Assembly (NCBI GenBank): GCA_963695335.1
Contig: OY968764.1
Span: 416,001 to 480,000 of the forward strand
DNA: 64,000 nucleotides
From: an uncultured bacterium
GTDB taxonomy: Bacteria > Babelota > Babeliae > Babelales > Vermiphilaceae
Direction: 5' to 3'
Both the position numbers and the translations under genes were made by a program. Below the pieces are notes generated by a model. That model did not search any database, had not been told where the DNA came from, and saw nothing but the letters and a program-made list of their open reading frames with translations. Shown in pieces: positions 48,464 through 58,655 of this stretch. Within the stretch, counting starts at the first letter, position 1. Each line of letters starts with the position of its first letter.

Positions 48464-50002
48464 ATGCATTCAAAAATATTTTCTGCAACAACAGTCGGTG
48501 TTGAAGCTCATTTGGTAGAAGTTGAAGTTGATATCTCTTTTGGTTTAGTCAATTTTTACATTGTTGGATTGCCAGATACTGCAATTAAAGAAAGCAGCAA
48601 ACGTATTTTAACATCGCTTAAAAATGCAGGGTTTAGACTTCCCGCAAAACGTATCACGGTTAATTTGGCTCCAGCTGATTTAAAAAAAGAGGGAACACTG
48701 TTTGATTTACCGATTGCTGTTGGTATTTTGCTTGCTAATGAATCATTAGAAATTTCTCAGGATTTTTTACAAGAGACACTGTTTTTAGGAGAGCTTTCAC
48801 TTGATGGCAGCATTCGCTTTATTAAAGGTGCATTGGCAATTGCATTTGATGCGCACAAATTAGGCAAACGCCGTATTATTGTTCCCAAAGAGAATATGCA
48901 AGAAGCAGCTTTAATTAAAGATTTAGAAGTTATTGGCGTGAGTCATCTGACTGAATTAATTGGATATTTACGTCATGAAATTACACTTGAGCCTGCCAAA
49001 CATACGTTTGATACAACATCTGCTCAACATGATCTGTCTCTTGATTTTTCTCAGGTAAAAGGTCAGCAGATGGCAAAGCGAGCGTTACAAATTGCGGCAG
49101 CGGGGCGACATAATATTTTGTTTATTGGGTCGCCAGGTTCTGGTAAAACTATGCTTGCAAAACGTTTGCAATCTATTATGCCACCAATGACGTTTAATGA
49201 GTTACTCGAAACAAGTAAAATTTATTCCATTACCGGAAAATTAACGAATCACTCATTATTAACGCAACGAGCATTTCGCAGCCCTCATCACACTATTTCT
49301 CAAGCAGGGCTTGTGGGCGGTGGATCATATCCTCAGCCGGGAGAAATTAGTCTTGCGCACAATGGTATTTTATTTTTAGATGAATTGACTGAGTTTAAGC
49401 GTGACACATTAGAAGCGTTGCGTCAGCCATTAGAAAGTAAAACAGTCTCTATATCACGTGTTGCACAAAATGTTTCATTCCCAGCATCGTTTTTACTTGT
49501 TGCTGCTTTGAATCCATGTCCGTGTGGTTTTTTTGGTGATAAAAAACGGCAATGTACCTGTTCACGTCAACAAATTATGAAATACATTAGTAAATTATCA
49601 GGACCGTTATTGGACCGTATTGATTTGCAGGTTCCGGTTCAATCTATTGAATATGATTCTATTAAGGCTACTGGTGATGAACAAAGCAGTGCTTTTTTGT
49701 ATGAAAAAGTTACGATTGCATGTGGAGCACAAGAAAAAAGATTTGGTGGTACGCAGGTCTATAATAATTGTATGACAGCTGAACAAGTGGAAAAATATTG
49801 TATTTTAACTTCTGCTGCAGAAGAGATTATCAGAAAAGCTTTTGATAAGCTTAATTTGAGTATGCGTGGATATCATAAGATTCTGAAAGTTGCGCGTACT
49901 ATTGCTGATTTGGCATCACAAGATATGATTGATGCGACGCATATTCAAGAGGCGATTATGTACCGTTCGCTTGATCAGTATTTGGAAAAAGAAGTACAGT
50001 AG
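48464..50002 (+). CDS. comM: YifB/ComM Mg-chelatase-like AAA+ ATPase
   Basis: VGLPD.AIKES, VNLAPADLKKEG..FDLPIA, GSPGSGKTMLA, PGEISLAHNG.LFLDE, NPCPCG, SGPLLDRID. Confidence 0.95.
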   Translation: MHSKIFSATTVGVEAHLVEVEVDISFGLVNFYIVGLPDTAIKESSKRILTSLKNAGFRLPAKRITVNLAPADLKKEGTLFDLPIAVGILLANESLEISQDFLQETLFLGELSLDGSIRFIKGALAIAFDAHKLGKRRIIVPKENMQEAALIKDLEVIGVSHLTELIGYLRHEITLEPAKHTFDTTSAQHDLSLDFSQVKGQQMAKRALQIAAAGRHNILFIGSPGSGKTMLAKRLQSIMPPMTFNELLETSKIYSITGKLTNHSLLTQRAFRSPHHTISQAGLVGGGSYPQPGEISLAHNGILFLDELTEFKRDTLEALRQPLESKTVSISRVAQNVSFPASFLLVAALNPCPCGFFGDKKRQCTCSRQQIMKYISKLSGPLLDRIDLQVPVQSIEYDSIKATGDEQSSAFLYEKVTIACGAQEKRFGGTQVYNNCMTAEQVEKYCILTSAAEEIIRKAFDKLNLSMRGYHKILKVARTIADLASQDMIDATHIQEAIMYRSLDQYLEKEVQ

Positions 50003-50025
50003 GTTTATTTTTTTAACCGTTCGTA

Positions 50026-50332
50026 TATTTCGACCCGACTACGCCAAGGCTTCGTCGGGCGGGCAGGCGTTTACTACTGAGCAACGTTGAAGTATCATCA
50101 CGAATGGGAAGAGATATCTGTTTATCCCCCCCCGCTCGCCCTGAGTGTTTTTGCGAAGCAAAAATGTATCGAAGGGTATGCGGAAAATTAACAAATTAAA
50201 GTTATTTTTATGTTGCACCCTTCGACCCAGCCTTCGTTAAAACTTCGGCGGGCAGGCAAGTCCGCCATAGCCTTGGCGCCGGCGGATACATTTTACTACG
50301 TTATACTTCGTAAAACACTCAGGGCGAGCGGG
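50026..50332. repeat. Composite nested palindromic repeats (A with B inserts)
   Basis: CCCGACTACGCCAAGGCTTCGTCGGG; CCGCTCGCCCTGAGTG..CGAAGGGT; CCCTTCGA[two B units]TACATTTT..CACTCAGGGCGAGCGG. Confidence 0.85.
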
Positions 50333-50341
50333 GGATGATAT

Positions 50342-50725
50342 ATGATCATAGGAATTGGCGTAGACACGGTCGAAATAGAACGCTTTTCTCAATGGAATTC
50401 TTATTCCCAAAAAAAATTATCAAGAATTTTTTCCTTTCAGGAAATTGATTACTGTTTAGAAAAAAGTAATCAATCCGCTGAACGTTTTGCAGTTCGTTTT
50501 GCAGCACGTGAAGCATTATATAAAGCTTTATCGTATGCATTTCCAAATAAAAAAATTCCATTCTTGACGCTTTGTTCAAGCGTATCTATTACAAAAAAAA
50601 ATGAGTTGCCCCATCTTATTATTCATGATGATCTTGGTATTGATACGAGTGGTTTAACTATTCATTTTTCTTTATCTCATTCACGTACTTTAGCAACTGC
50701 TTTTGTGGTGATTGAAAAGAGATAG
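50342..50725 (+). CDS. acpS: Holo-ACP synthase
   Basis: IIGIGVD.VEIERF, FAVRFAAREA.YKA, HFSLSHS. Confidence 0.92.
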   Translation: MIIGIGVDTVEIERFSQWNSYSQKKLSRIFSFQEIDYCLEKSNQSAERFAVRFAAREALYKALSYAFPNKKIPFLTLCSSVSITKKNELPHLIIHDDLGIDTSGLTIHFSLSHSRTLATAFVVIEKR

Positions 50726-50729
50726 GGGA

Positions 50730-51440
50730 TTAACGTTTTATTGTTTGCAAGTATGCCTTACGCTGCGCTTCTGGAAATTTTTCAATAGCATACCTGAGCA
50801 TTGTTCGTGGCATATCTGATGCATGTGCACCAAGAAAATCGATCAGCTGTTGCGTATCTTTTTTACCAGCTTCACGCAGCATCCAGCCAACACTTTTGTG
50901 AATTAGATCATGTTTATCGTGTAACAGTAATGTGGCAATTTTAAACGTCCACATCAGATCATTGTTGCGAATAAAATACCATGTTGCAACAATTGCAATC
51001 CGGCGTTCCCAGAGATCATGCGATTGTGCTAAAGAGACTAAAACGTCTCTTTTTTTGTTGTATATATGCGCACCAAGAATAAGATGTGCAGATGCATCAA
51101 CCAAGTTCCAATTGTTTACCTGTTTGAGGTTATTCATATATAACTGATATAATGCATCTTTATTGTTTACATCAGCTTTTTGGTATTGATGTACCAAGAT
51201 AATCAAAGCCAATAATCGTTCTTCATTAAATGGTGAAGCTAGCAGTTGTTCAATGTCATCAGATGATATATCTAAAAATTGTTTTGCGATAAGGCGTATT
51301 GTGGGTACAGTGACACCCATGAACTGATCGTGGGCGGCATAACTGTCTGCATCTGTTTTAAAAAAATAGCTGCGCTTTTTTTCTGGAATAGTTGCCGATG
51401 CTTGTAGTAGGGCGCGGATTTCATTCACTTTATGTGTCAT
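50730..51440 (-). CDS. AlkD-like DNA alkylation repair protein
   Basis: FMGVTVP..R, NNWNLVD, LWERRIAIV, DLIHKSVGWMLREAGK, MPRTMLRYAIEKF. Confidence 0.9.
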   Translation of the reverse strand: MTHKVNEIRALLQASATIPEKKRSYFFKTDADSYAAHDQFMGVTVPTIRLIAKQFLDISSDDIEQLLASPFNEERLLALIILVHQYQKADVNNKDALYQLYMNNLKQVNNWNLVDASAHLILGAHIYNKKRDVLVSLAQSHDLWERRIAIVATWYFIRNNDLMWTFKIATLLLHDKHDLIHKSVGWMLREAGKKDTQQLIDFLGAHASDMPRTMLRYAIEKFPEAQRKAYLQTIKR

Positions 51441-51963
51441 AATGTGTTGCTTTTTCAAAATCTAAAAGCCATTGTTTGCGGTTAATTCCACCTGCGTACC
51501 CACCAAGTTTACCGTTGCCATTGATAACACGGTGACAAGGAATAATAATAGCAAGTTGATTTGCTCCATTAGCATTTGCTACAGCTCTAAAAGCTGATGC
51601 ATTACCAATACTTTTCGCCTGTTCACCATAACTTTTAGTGTGACCGTAAGGAATAGTTTGTAATGCTTTCCAGACTGATTGTTGGAATGGGGTTCCCATC
51701 AGATGAATTGGTGTTTTGAATTGTTGTAATGTACCATCAAAATATGCAGCAAGCTCTTTTTGTATTGATTCAATGGGCGCTGTGCTTCCGGCAACAATAG
51801 TCACATTTTTTGCAAAGCAGAGTTTTTCTATTTCACGATCTACTCCGCGACCATCAACAAATTCCAAAAGATATAAAGATTGTTCATCTGCGATTGCTAT
51901 CATGGTGCCAAGTGGAGTTGTGAATGAAGATGATGTAAGTGTAATTGGATTTTTTTGATTCAT
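51430..51963 (-). CDS. ogt: Methylated-DNA-protein-cysteine methyltransferase
   Basis: GTPFQQSVW, IPYG.T.SY, RAVANA.G.N, IPCHRV. Confidence 0.95.
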   Translation of the reverse strand: MNQKNPITLTSSSFTTPLGTMIAIADEQSLYLLEFVDGRGVDREIEKLCFAKNVTIVAGSTAPIESIQKELAAYFDGTLQQFKTPIHLMGTPFQQSVWKALQTIPYGHTKSYGEQAKSIGNASAFRAVANANGANQLAIIIPCHRVINGNGKLGGYAGGINRKQWLLDFEKATHYDT

Positions 51964-52056
51964 GGTAATACGAATTCTGGTGTGTTAGGGTTGAATTGAT
52001 CTATGTTCAGTATAGTGGATTTAATAGTACTTTGCACTGTAAAAAAAGGAGATTGC

Positions 52057-52419
52057 ATGAAATCTGTTATAGTGTCATTGGCATTAATAAGCATCTGTTT
52101 TTCAGGTAGCATATATTCTATGGAAGAGCAAGATAATACCAAAGCCATCAATAATGCAATAAAGGCACAGAAGTTATATGAAAAAGGACAAGAAGCTATT
52201 GTAAAAATGGGAGCTAGTATGGTATTTACGTGTTGTCCTGATCGAGAAAGTTATTTAATGCATGAGGCAACAGAAAAAAGTAAAATTAATGATCTTTTTT
52301 GTAAAAGTAGGCGTCGTATTCGAGATGTACTCAATGATATAAATGCAGATGAAGTTACAAAGAAAACTGTGTTAGATATAGAGAAAAAAATTGATGCAAT
52401 ATCATGGGCGAGTAAGTAA
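52057..52419 (+). CDS. Exported hypothetical protein
   Basis: AAGGAG RBS, signal peptide IYS-MEEQ. Confidence 0.7.
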   Translation: MKSVIVSLALISICFSGSIYSMEEQDNTKAINNAIKAQKLYEKGQEAIVKMGASMVFTCCPDRESYLMHEATEKSKINDLFCKSRRRIRDVLNDINADEVTKKTVLDIEKKIDAISWASK

Positions 52420-53752
52420 TTTATTTTTATCAGCAGTTTTGTATTCAGTGCCATTTATTTTGAGTCACCATGTTTGGTGGCTCATTTTTTTATTTCCTGT
52501 TCCGTTATTGTATGCAGCAAATAAAGTAAATTTTTCTTTTAAAGATGGTTATCTGTGGGGATGCGCTGTTTTTACGTTGCACACACTGGGATGGATATAT
52601 CTGATTGCTAATATGGCGGGTGAATCATGGCCAATTGGGCTTATGCTGGGTATTGCAATGATTTTGTATCAAGCACTGTTGCCCGCATTTCTTTTTTTGG
52701 GCGTAACAAAAATAGTTACTTTTTTTTCCATTTATAATGCTTTTGCACGTTTATGTTTATGGACTGTTGCATTGTGGTTTTTTATTGTGTGGGTTGATTG
52801 GTACAGTTTGTGGATATGTGGTGTGGAAGAAGGGTATCCATTAATGCACCCATTGATTGTGCTTGCACAAAAACCACAACTGTTATGTTTATTACCGGTT
52901 GTTGGCAAGTTGTTGTTAACAGCTTTTTTTTTATTAGTTCCGATGAGTATTGCGGCATTGTTGTGGTATAGAAATTGGGGTGCAATGTTGTTTTTTTGTA
53001 TTGTTATGATGCCATGGTTGTTTTGTTGTTGTAAAAAATTAGAATTCAATCGAATAGCTTGGGAACCAAGCATAAACACTTTGCCATGCATGATGTGTTC
53101 TACAACTGATGACCCTGGAGTCATCATAAAAATTATTGGTAATTATCTTAAAAAGCTGGTTGCGCAGCAACCAACAATAGATATTATTATCATGCCGGAA
53201 TCAGCATGTAATATCAGTAATTTTGCAGAACTACCAGAGTTGCTGCAATTGTGGAATAGTGAAAATGTAGGGAAGAAAGTACACCTTATTTTTGGTGCAT
53301 CTCGATATCAGGGTGATGATTATTATAATTCATTACATTGGGTGCATGATGGAAAATTACAGCACTGTTATGATAAAAAACATGCGATGCTTTTATCAGA
53401 GCGATTATCTGGATTTATGAATAATAAGTTTTTTAAAGATATTTATTTTAATACAAGGCAACCGATAACGGTTTCATATTGCGATAGAACGCCGATTGTT
53501 ATATCACAAGAAATAAGTTTTGTTCCATATATCTGTTCGGAACTGTTTTTTAATGAATTGCCTGATGATTATAGCAAAGATCCTATTATTGCCATTGTTA
53601 ATGATCTGCTGTTTGTGCCATATATCCAAAAACTTTTGGTGCTTTTGGCACGGTTTAAGGCTATACAATGGCGACGGAATATAATCTATGTTTCCTATGC
53701 ACACTCACTTTTTATTGATGATTGTGGAGGGTGTAGGGAGATTAATGAGTGA
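52394..53752 (+). CDS. lnt: Apolipoprotein N-acyltransferase-like protein
   Basis: Multi-TM N-terminus; nitrilase triad MPES, YDKKH, YICSE. Confidence 0.75.
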   Translation: MQYHGRVSNLFLSAVLYSVPFILSHHVWWLIFLFPVPLLYAANKVNFSFKDGYLWGCAVFTLHTLGWIYLIANMAGESWPIGLMLGIAMILYQALLPAFLFLGVTKIVTFFSIYNAFARLCLWTVALWFFIVWVDWYSLWICGVEEGYPLMHPLIVLAQKPQLLCLLPVVGKLLLTAFFLLVPMSIAALLWYRNWGAMLFFCIVMMPWLFCCCKKLEFNRIAWEPSINTLPCMMCSTTDDPGVIIKIIGNYLKKLVAQQPTIDIIIMPESACNISNFAELPELLQLWNSENVGKKVHLIFGASRYQGDDYYNSLHWVHDGKLQHCYDKKHAMLLSERLSGFMNNKFFKDIYFNTRQPITVSYCDRTPIVISQEISFVPYICSELFFNELPDDYSKDPIIAIVNDLLFVPYIQKLLVLLARFKAIQWRRNIIYVSYAHSLFIDDCGGCREINE

Positions 53753-53755
53753 TTT

Positions 53756-54274
53756 TTATTCGTTTAACGAAGAAGTAATCGTTATCTTTTTCTGCTCATC
53801 ACGTATGATGTCAAAATGACGATCTCTGCATAGTGATTTTTGTGCTGGCGTGGACACCGCCTTATTTTCTTTTATTATTTTGCCCGAAACCTTGCCCTTC
53901 GTAGCTTTAGCGGAGTAGGGTTGCTTTTTGGTCTTACTTTTTTCTTCTACCCATGTGATGGCAATTTTTCTCCAGGGAGCTTTTTCAAAATTATGCATTT
54001 TTTGTTCTTGTGTAGGGTTTTCAACATAATACACCTGATCAAGGCAGAAGCCCCATTTGATTTCTGGTATGTCTTTTCTGCCAGGAGTGAAGGTGATCAT
54101 GGATTGTGGTTTTACTAATTGTTTGTAAAGAGGTTCTTTGATACCATCATTGCCTGTGTATTGAATTGCAACGGCTATTGGGTTTTCGGTACCGTTATGG
54201 AAACTGAATTCATAGGCTTTTACCGATATGATGGTACAGCAAGCGAGGAAGGCGGATGTATATGCATATTTCAT
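53756..54274 (-). CDS. Exported hypothetical protein with in-frame palindromic insert
   Basis: Paralog of 54350..55108; type B repeat 53894..53920 encodes PYSAKATKG. Confidence 0.75.
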   Translation of the reverse strand: MKYAYTSAFLACCTIISVKAYEFSFHNGTENPIAVAIQYTGNDGIKEPLYKQLVKPQSMITFTPGRKDIPEIKWGFCLDQVYYVENPTQEQKMHNFEKAPWRKIAITWVEEKSKTKKQPYSAKATKGKVSGKIIKENKAVSTPAQKSLCRDRHFDIIRDEQKKITITSSLNE

Positions 54275-54295
54275 TTTATTTCCTTTTTTGTTTGT

Positions 54296-54329
54296 AAAAA
54301 GGGACCCCTTTTAAAGGCCCCTTTTTTTT
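54296..54329. terminator. Terminator hairpin
   Basis: AAAAAGGGACCCCTTTTAAAGGCCCCT-T run. Confidence 0.55.
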
Positions 54330-54349
54330 GTTTACATACTTTTTGTAGT

Positions 54350-55108
54350 TTACAAGAGTGATATAAATTTGATCTGACCTTTATCTGTAATAATGTCTAT
54401 ATGGCGATCTGTCATCATAGAGCGTGAAGCAGATTTTCCAACTGCTGAGAGTAATTTAGTAAGAGCATCCGAAACTATCCCATCTTGAACCGCTTTAAGA
54501 ACAGCTGTGTTTGTTCCGGTGTTTGAAGTGGTTGCAGGTTCAGTAACAGCAAGTTTGGTTTTAGGAGCAGAAGCAGCTCCAATGCCGGCTTTTTTAAGAG
54601 TATCAAGAGCATCCATAGCTGTGTCTGTAGCAGATTTTACTGCAACAGACGCTCCATCTGTTGCTGCAGCCATAGCAGCTTCGAGTGCTAATTTTGCAGC
54701 TTCTATTGTTGCCGCACCAATAGCTTCACAAAGATCTATAGTGAGCTGGTATGCTTCAGTTGGTACCCATGTTATTTGGAATTCGCGCCATGCAATAGCT
54801 TTTGGATCTTGTTTTTGTGCTGCAGTTGGGTTTTCTGTATACCAGAATGTTTTACCAACAAAGCCTATTTTTCTGTATTCTATTTCTCTTTCTGTTGTTG
54901 ATCGAGTCGCTTGACCTGGTGTGAATTGACGCGCTTGGTGTGATGGAATCCATCTATAATAGCGAGGTTCACCAAGGCCGTAATATCTCATACCCACACC
55001 GATTTCTTTTTTGGTATGGTTAGAGAATATGTAACTATATGCTTGTGTTTGGCTTGTTGCGCCAATGATTGCAAGCACAGCGAGTGCTTTAAATATACGA
55101 TTTTTCAT
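54350..55108 (-). CDS. Exported hypothetical protein with Ala-rich insertion
   Basis: AGGGGT RBS, signal peptide, FTPG/ENPT/ITWV/DRH motifs shared with neighbour. Confidence 0.75.
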   Translation of the reverse strand: MKNRIFKALAVLAIIGATSQTQAYSYIFSNHTKKEIGVGMRYYGLGEPRYYRWIPSHQARQFTPGQATRSTTEREIEYRKIGFVGKTFWYTENPTAAQKQDPKAIAWREFQITWVPTEAYQLTIDLCEAIGAATIEAAKLALEAAMAAATDGASVAVKSATDTAMDALDTLKKAGIGAASAPKTKLAVTEPATTSNTGTNTAVLKAVQDGIVSDALTKLLSAVGKSASRSMMTDRHIDIITDKGQIKFISLL

Positions 55109-55387
55109 AATACCCCCTTAATAATAGATATTAAATATTTTCTTACTACATTTTTAGGTTACTTAAATGAACCCTTAAGAATCAATGGTTTTTAACTATT
55201 TTATTTCACTCTGTATTTATTGACCTGGTGCAAATGCGACTGAAGCGGGCTTTTGGGGGATAAGGACAGGTTTTATGGCTTAAAAAGGGTTTATTGTTAT
55301 GAAAAAGAAGATTAAAAGATGACTCTTTAATTTGACAAATATAGAAAGAGACCTTATAGTTATAATAACTTTTATTTGAAAATATGC

Positions 55388-55464
<77 letters not shown>

Positions 55465-55657
55465 GACTTTTACCCCAGATTTCGCTGAAGCTCCAATCCG
55501 GGGACCCCTTATAAGAAAAAAGATTTGGCATGGCTTGCCCTTCGTAGCTCGTCAGAGCGGAGTAGGGCCAGTTTTTTAAAGGTTTGATATTAAAATAAAA
55601 AAAGGGTTTAGATAGCAAGAGCGAAGTCTGCCCTTCGAAGCTTCAGCGAAGTAGGGC
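55465..55657. repeat. tRNA-trailer repeat module (type C and B units)
   Basis: TTGCCCTTCGTAGCTCGTCAGAGCGGAGTAGGGCCAGTTTTTTAAAGGTT, nearly identical to the tmRNA trailer. Confidence 0.8.
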
Positions 55658-55679
55658 TAACCTGTGAAAAATCAAATTT

Positions 55680-55706
55680 AAAACCGCATTCTCAATGCGG
55701 TTTTTT
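55680..55706. terminator. Bidirectional terminator
   Basis: AAAACCGCATT-CTC-AATGCGGTTTTTT. Confidence 0.85.
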
Positions 55707-55718
55707 CGTGCATAATTT

Positions 55719-56156
55719 TTATTTTAAAAAACGTTGAGATACTGAGTGTGCTGTTTCTACTCGATAATTAATGAGATGCATATTAACGGATTGAAGGCCT
55801 AAAAGCATATTATTGGCCATTGAGATGGTTTTTTGTATGTATTCTTTAAGTTCTTTTATTTGAGTATATTCGGTTGGTGTGAATTCAAAATCTTCTAATT
55901 GCTCATTGAGTGCTTCAGTAATATTTTGTAATGTTTTGATTCGTGATGTAAGTTGTTGGTTGTTGATTTTTTCCATTCGAGCTTCCTCAAGCAGTTCGCT
56001 CACTCCTGATTCACTACTGACATTTGCTTTACCTATTGGTATTTCAAACTGTTCACCACTGGCACTGAATCTTTCTTTTTCCATAGCAAAAACCTGGAAT
56101 GATGTACAAAAACCAACAGATAAAGATAGCAATAGATATTTTTTTATAGTATTCAT
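55719..56156 (-). CDS. Exported helical hypothetical protein
   Basis: SFQVFAMEKE; paralog of 56175..56609. Confidence 0.75.
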   Translation of the reverse strand: MNTIKKYLLLSLSVGFCTSFQVFAMEKERFSASGEQFEIPIGKANVSSESGVSELLEEARMEKINNQQLTSRIKTLQNITEALNEQLEDFEFTPTEYTQIKELKEYIQKTISMANNMLLGLQSVNMHLINYRVETAHSVSQRFLK

Positions 56157-56174
56157 AAGGGTACCTTCTAGTTT

Positions 56175-56609
56175 TTAATACGAAGATGACTCAGATGATG
56201 TGTCTATTTGATTCCATCGGGTGATTATAGCTCTTACATTTTGATCAATGAGTTGTAAATTAACAGGTATAATGCCAAAAAGCATATCCCTCGCTTTTAT
56301 GGTAACTGCATGTGTGTCTTGCTGGAGTTGTTTGAGCTCATTATGTTCTCTGATAGATATATCCTTATCTCTGAGTGTTTGGTTTATCATTCTGCTAACG
56401 GTTTCTAGTTTTTGAATTATTTTTGCAAGTTTTTGTTTGATCCATTCGTTTATCTCTGATTCACTGCTTGTATCAGCTATTCCTAATGATTGTTCTTCCC
56501 TTGATCTGCTTGCGTTTGATTTTACTTCTTTTTCCATAGCAAAAACCTGGAATGATGCACAAAAAGCGACTGATAATGCTAAAAATAGATCTTTTTTTAT
56601 ACTATTCAT
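56175..56609 (-). CDS. Exported helical hypothetical protein
   Basis: SFQVFAMEKE; shared upstream GTACCTTATGAATA. Confidence 0.75.
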   Translation of the reverse strand: MNSIKKDLFLALSVAFCASFQVFAMEKEVKSNASRSREEQSLGIADTSSESEINEWIKQKLAKIIQKLETVSRMINQTLRDKDISIREHNELKQLQQDTHAVTIKARDMLFGIIPVNLQLIDQNVRAIITRWNQIDTSSESSSY

Positions 56610-56670
56610 AAGGTACTCTTTCTATAAAAGGTTATGTCCTTTGACAGTTATCAGAATACCCAATCAAGAT

Positions 56671-57087
56671 TCAATTAGTCAATGAATTATGCATATTTGC
56701 GCTCTTTAATATCTCTTTTGCATTATCATAGGTTAGTCGTTCAAGAGCGTTTTGGTACGTCAGCCAGGCATAATTGGTGTGTTCATGAGACAGTTTTACA
56801 TTACTATTTGTTGCTTGTCCGGTAAAAAAGTAAACGGTTTTTATGGTTTTCTCGTGATCGTACATAAAAATGTATTGAATTGTCTCTTCAAAATTGCCAT
56901 CAATCTGTGCTGTCAGATTGGTTTCTTCTTTAAGTTCTCGCAGCGCAGCTTCTTCTTTTGTCTCACCAGCTTCTATTTTGCCTTTAGGGAAATCCCAGTG
57001 GCCAGCGCCATATTGCAATAAGAGATAGAGAATTGTATTGTTTTCTTTTTTATAGATGATAATTCCGGCAGAATATTGGTGTTTCAT
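56671..57087 (-). CDS. Nudix hydrolase, Ap4A hydrolase-like
   Basis: SAG.I, HWDFPKGKIE.GET..EAALRELKEET, LSHEH. Confidence 0.9.
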   Translation of the reverse strand: MKHQYSAGIIIYKKENNTILYLLLQYGAGHWDFPKGKIEAGETKEEAALRELKEETNLTAQIDGNFEETIQYIFMYDHEKTIKTVYFFTGQATNSNVKLSHEHTNYAWLTYQNALERLTYDNAKEILKSANMHNSLTN

Positions 57088-57095
57088 AGAATATC

Positions 57096-58655
57096 TTATT
57101 TTAAAAAATGAAGATGTATATTACATAACGAGCGTGAAATATAGAGTAATGTAAGAAAGAGTAAACTTAAAGGCCCTACCCATAACCAGAGGCCTATTTT
57201 GGTGATGAAAAAGAGTGAAAGGGTTGCAGGTAAGAACCATTCAATTGCTTTTATTATAATATGATAGCATATCAAAAACGCTGTGCTTAAAATAGTTAAT
57301 TGTGCAGTGTATCGCAATGCAAATTGTAGAAATGGCATCAGGTATATGCGGAAGGTGTATTTTTTATACAAAACAGCTAAAAAGAGTACCGTTTGTACAA
57401 CGCTTGAAAGTGTTGTTGCAATAGCGAGTCCTGTTGCCTGAAATTGGTCAATAAATAACATATTCAGAATGACATTGATAATTGTTGCGCAGAGTGCAAC
57501 AAAAGCTGGAATCCATGCAGCGTGCATTGCATAAAAAATATTGAGTAAGATTTTGTTGAGAGAGAAAAAGAATAGCCCAAGTAAAAATGCTCGTAAAATT
57601 GTTCCAGCTTCTTGCACTTGAGTAAGTGTGAATTTTTTTGAAAGAAATATAGTCGAAAAGATCTCTTCTGAAAAAAATGCCATCAATAAGGCAACGGGAA
57701 TAGTGATCCAAAAAATAAATTTAGTTGATTCAAGTAAATAAAAATGGAGTCTTTTGGGATTAGAAATATGCATGCGTGAAAAATGGGGAAGTAAAATAGT
57801 AGAAAACGCAACTGCAAAGACCCCTAAAGGAATGCCTACAAAACGGTTTGCATAAAAGATGAGTGATATTGATCCTGGCGCCAAGAGTGATGCAAAGCTT
57901 GTATCAATAAAGAGTGCAATTTCCATTAAGCTGACGCTTGGTAAGCAGAGTAAAAATTTTCCCATTATTTGCATAAAAATAGAAACATCTTTGCGTGTTA
58001 TTGGGCCAAAAAAGAAATGATACTTAAAGTACATAATCAGATGTAAAATAAAATGTACTGCTCCTGCAAACACAATACACCAACAAAGATATGTTACGGG
58101 AAGATTATAGAAGAGAGAGATGCATATACCCGCAATAAAAATAAGATTTACTATGACGGGTGCAATTGCAGGAGTAAAAAAGTGACCAACCGCATGGAGT
58201 GCGCCACCTAACAGAGCGCTGCTTGATATGAACAAGATAAAAGGCATAAGAATGTGGAGCATGGGAACAGCAGCAGTAAGTTGTTCTTGAGAAAATCCAG
58301 GAGCAATAAAATGGATCACTTGCTGCGCGTGGATCATAACAAAAGCGCAGATTGCTACAACAAGCCCTTCAAAAACTATAAAAGAGAGCGACATTAGTCC
58401 CGCGATGGTTTGCGGACCATTTTGTTTCATGGTGCTGACAACTGTTGGAATGAATGCGGCTGAAAGAGCGCCTTCTGCAAATATTTTACGCAAAGAGTTG
58501 GGAATTTTGTATGCAGTTAAAAAAGCATCGGATAGTCCGCTGACTCCAAGATATTTGACCATGAGTACTTCACGTACAATTCCGAAAAATCTACTGAGGA
58601 GTGTTGAGCTGCCGACTTGGATTGTTTTTTGTATGATTTTATTTTTTGTTAACAT
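57096..58655 (-). CDS. murJ: Lipid II flippase MurJ
   Basis: SRFFGIVRE, DAFL.AYKIPNSLRKIFAEGALSAAFIP, YANRF...PLG. Confidence 0.96.
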   Translation of the reverse strand: MLTKNKIIQKTIQVGSSTLLSRFFGIVREVLMVKYLGVSGLSDAFLTAYKIPNSLRKIFAEGALSAAFIPTVVSTMKQNGPQTIAGLMSLSFIVFEGLVVAICAFVMIHAQQVIHFIAPGFSQEQLTAAVPMLHILMPFILFISSSALLGGALHAVGHFFTPAIAPVIVNLIFIAGICISLFYNLPVTYLCWCIVFAGAVHFILHLIMYFKYHFFFGPITRKDVSIFMQIMGKFLLCLPSVSLMEIALFIDTSFASLLAPGSISLIFYANRFVGIPLGVFAVAFSTILLPHFSRMHISNPKRLHFYLLESTKFIFWITIPVALLMAFFSEEIFSTIFLSKKFTLTQVQEAGTILRAFLLGLFFFSLNKILLNIFYAMHAAWIPAFVALCATIINVILNMLFIDQFQATGLAIATTLSSVVQTVLFLAVLYKKYTFRIYLMPFLQFALRYTAQLTILSTAFLICYHIIIKAIEWFLPATLSLFFITKIGLWLWVGPLSLLFLTLLYISRSLCNIHLHFLK

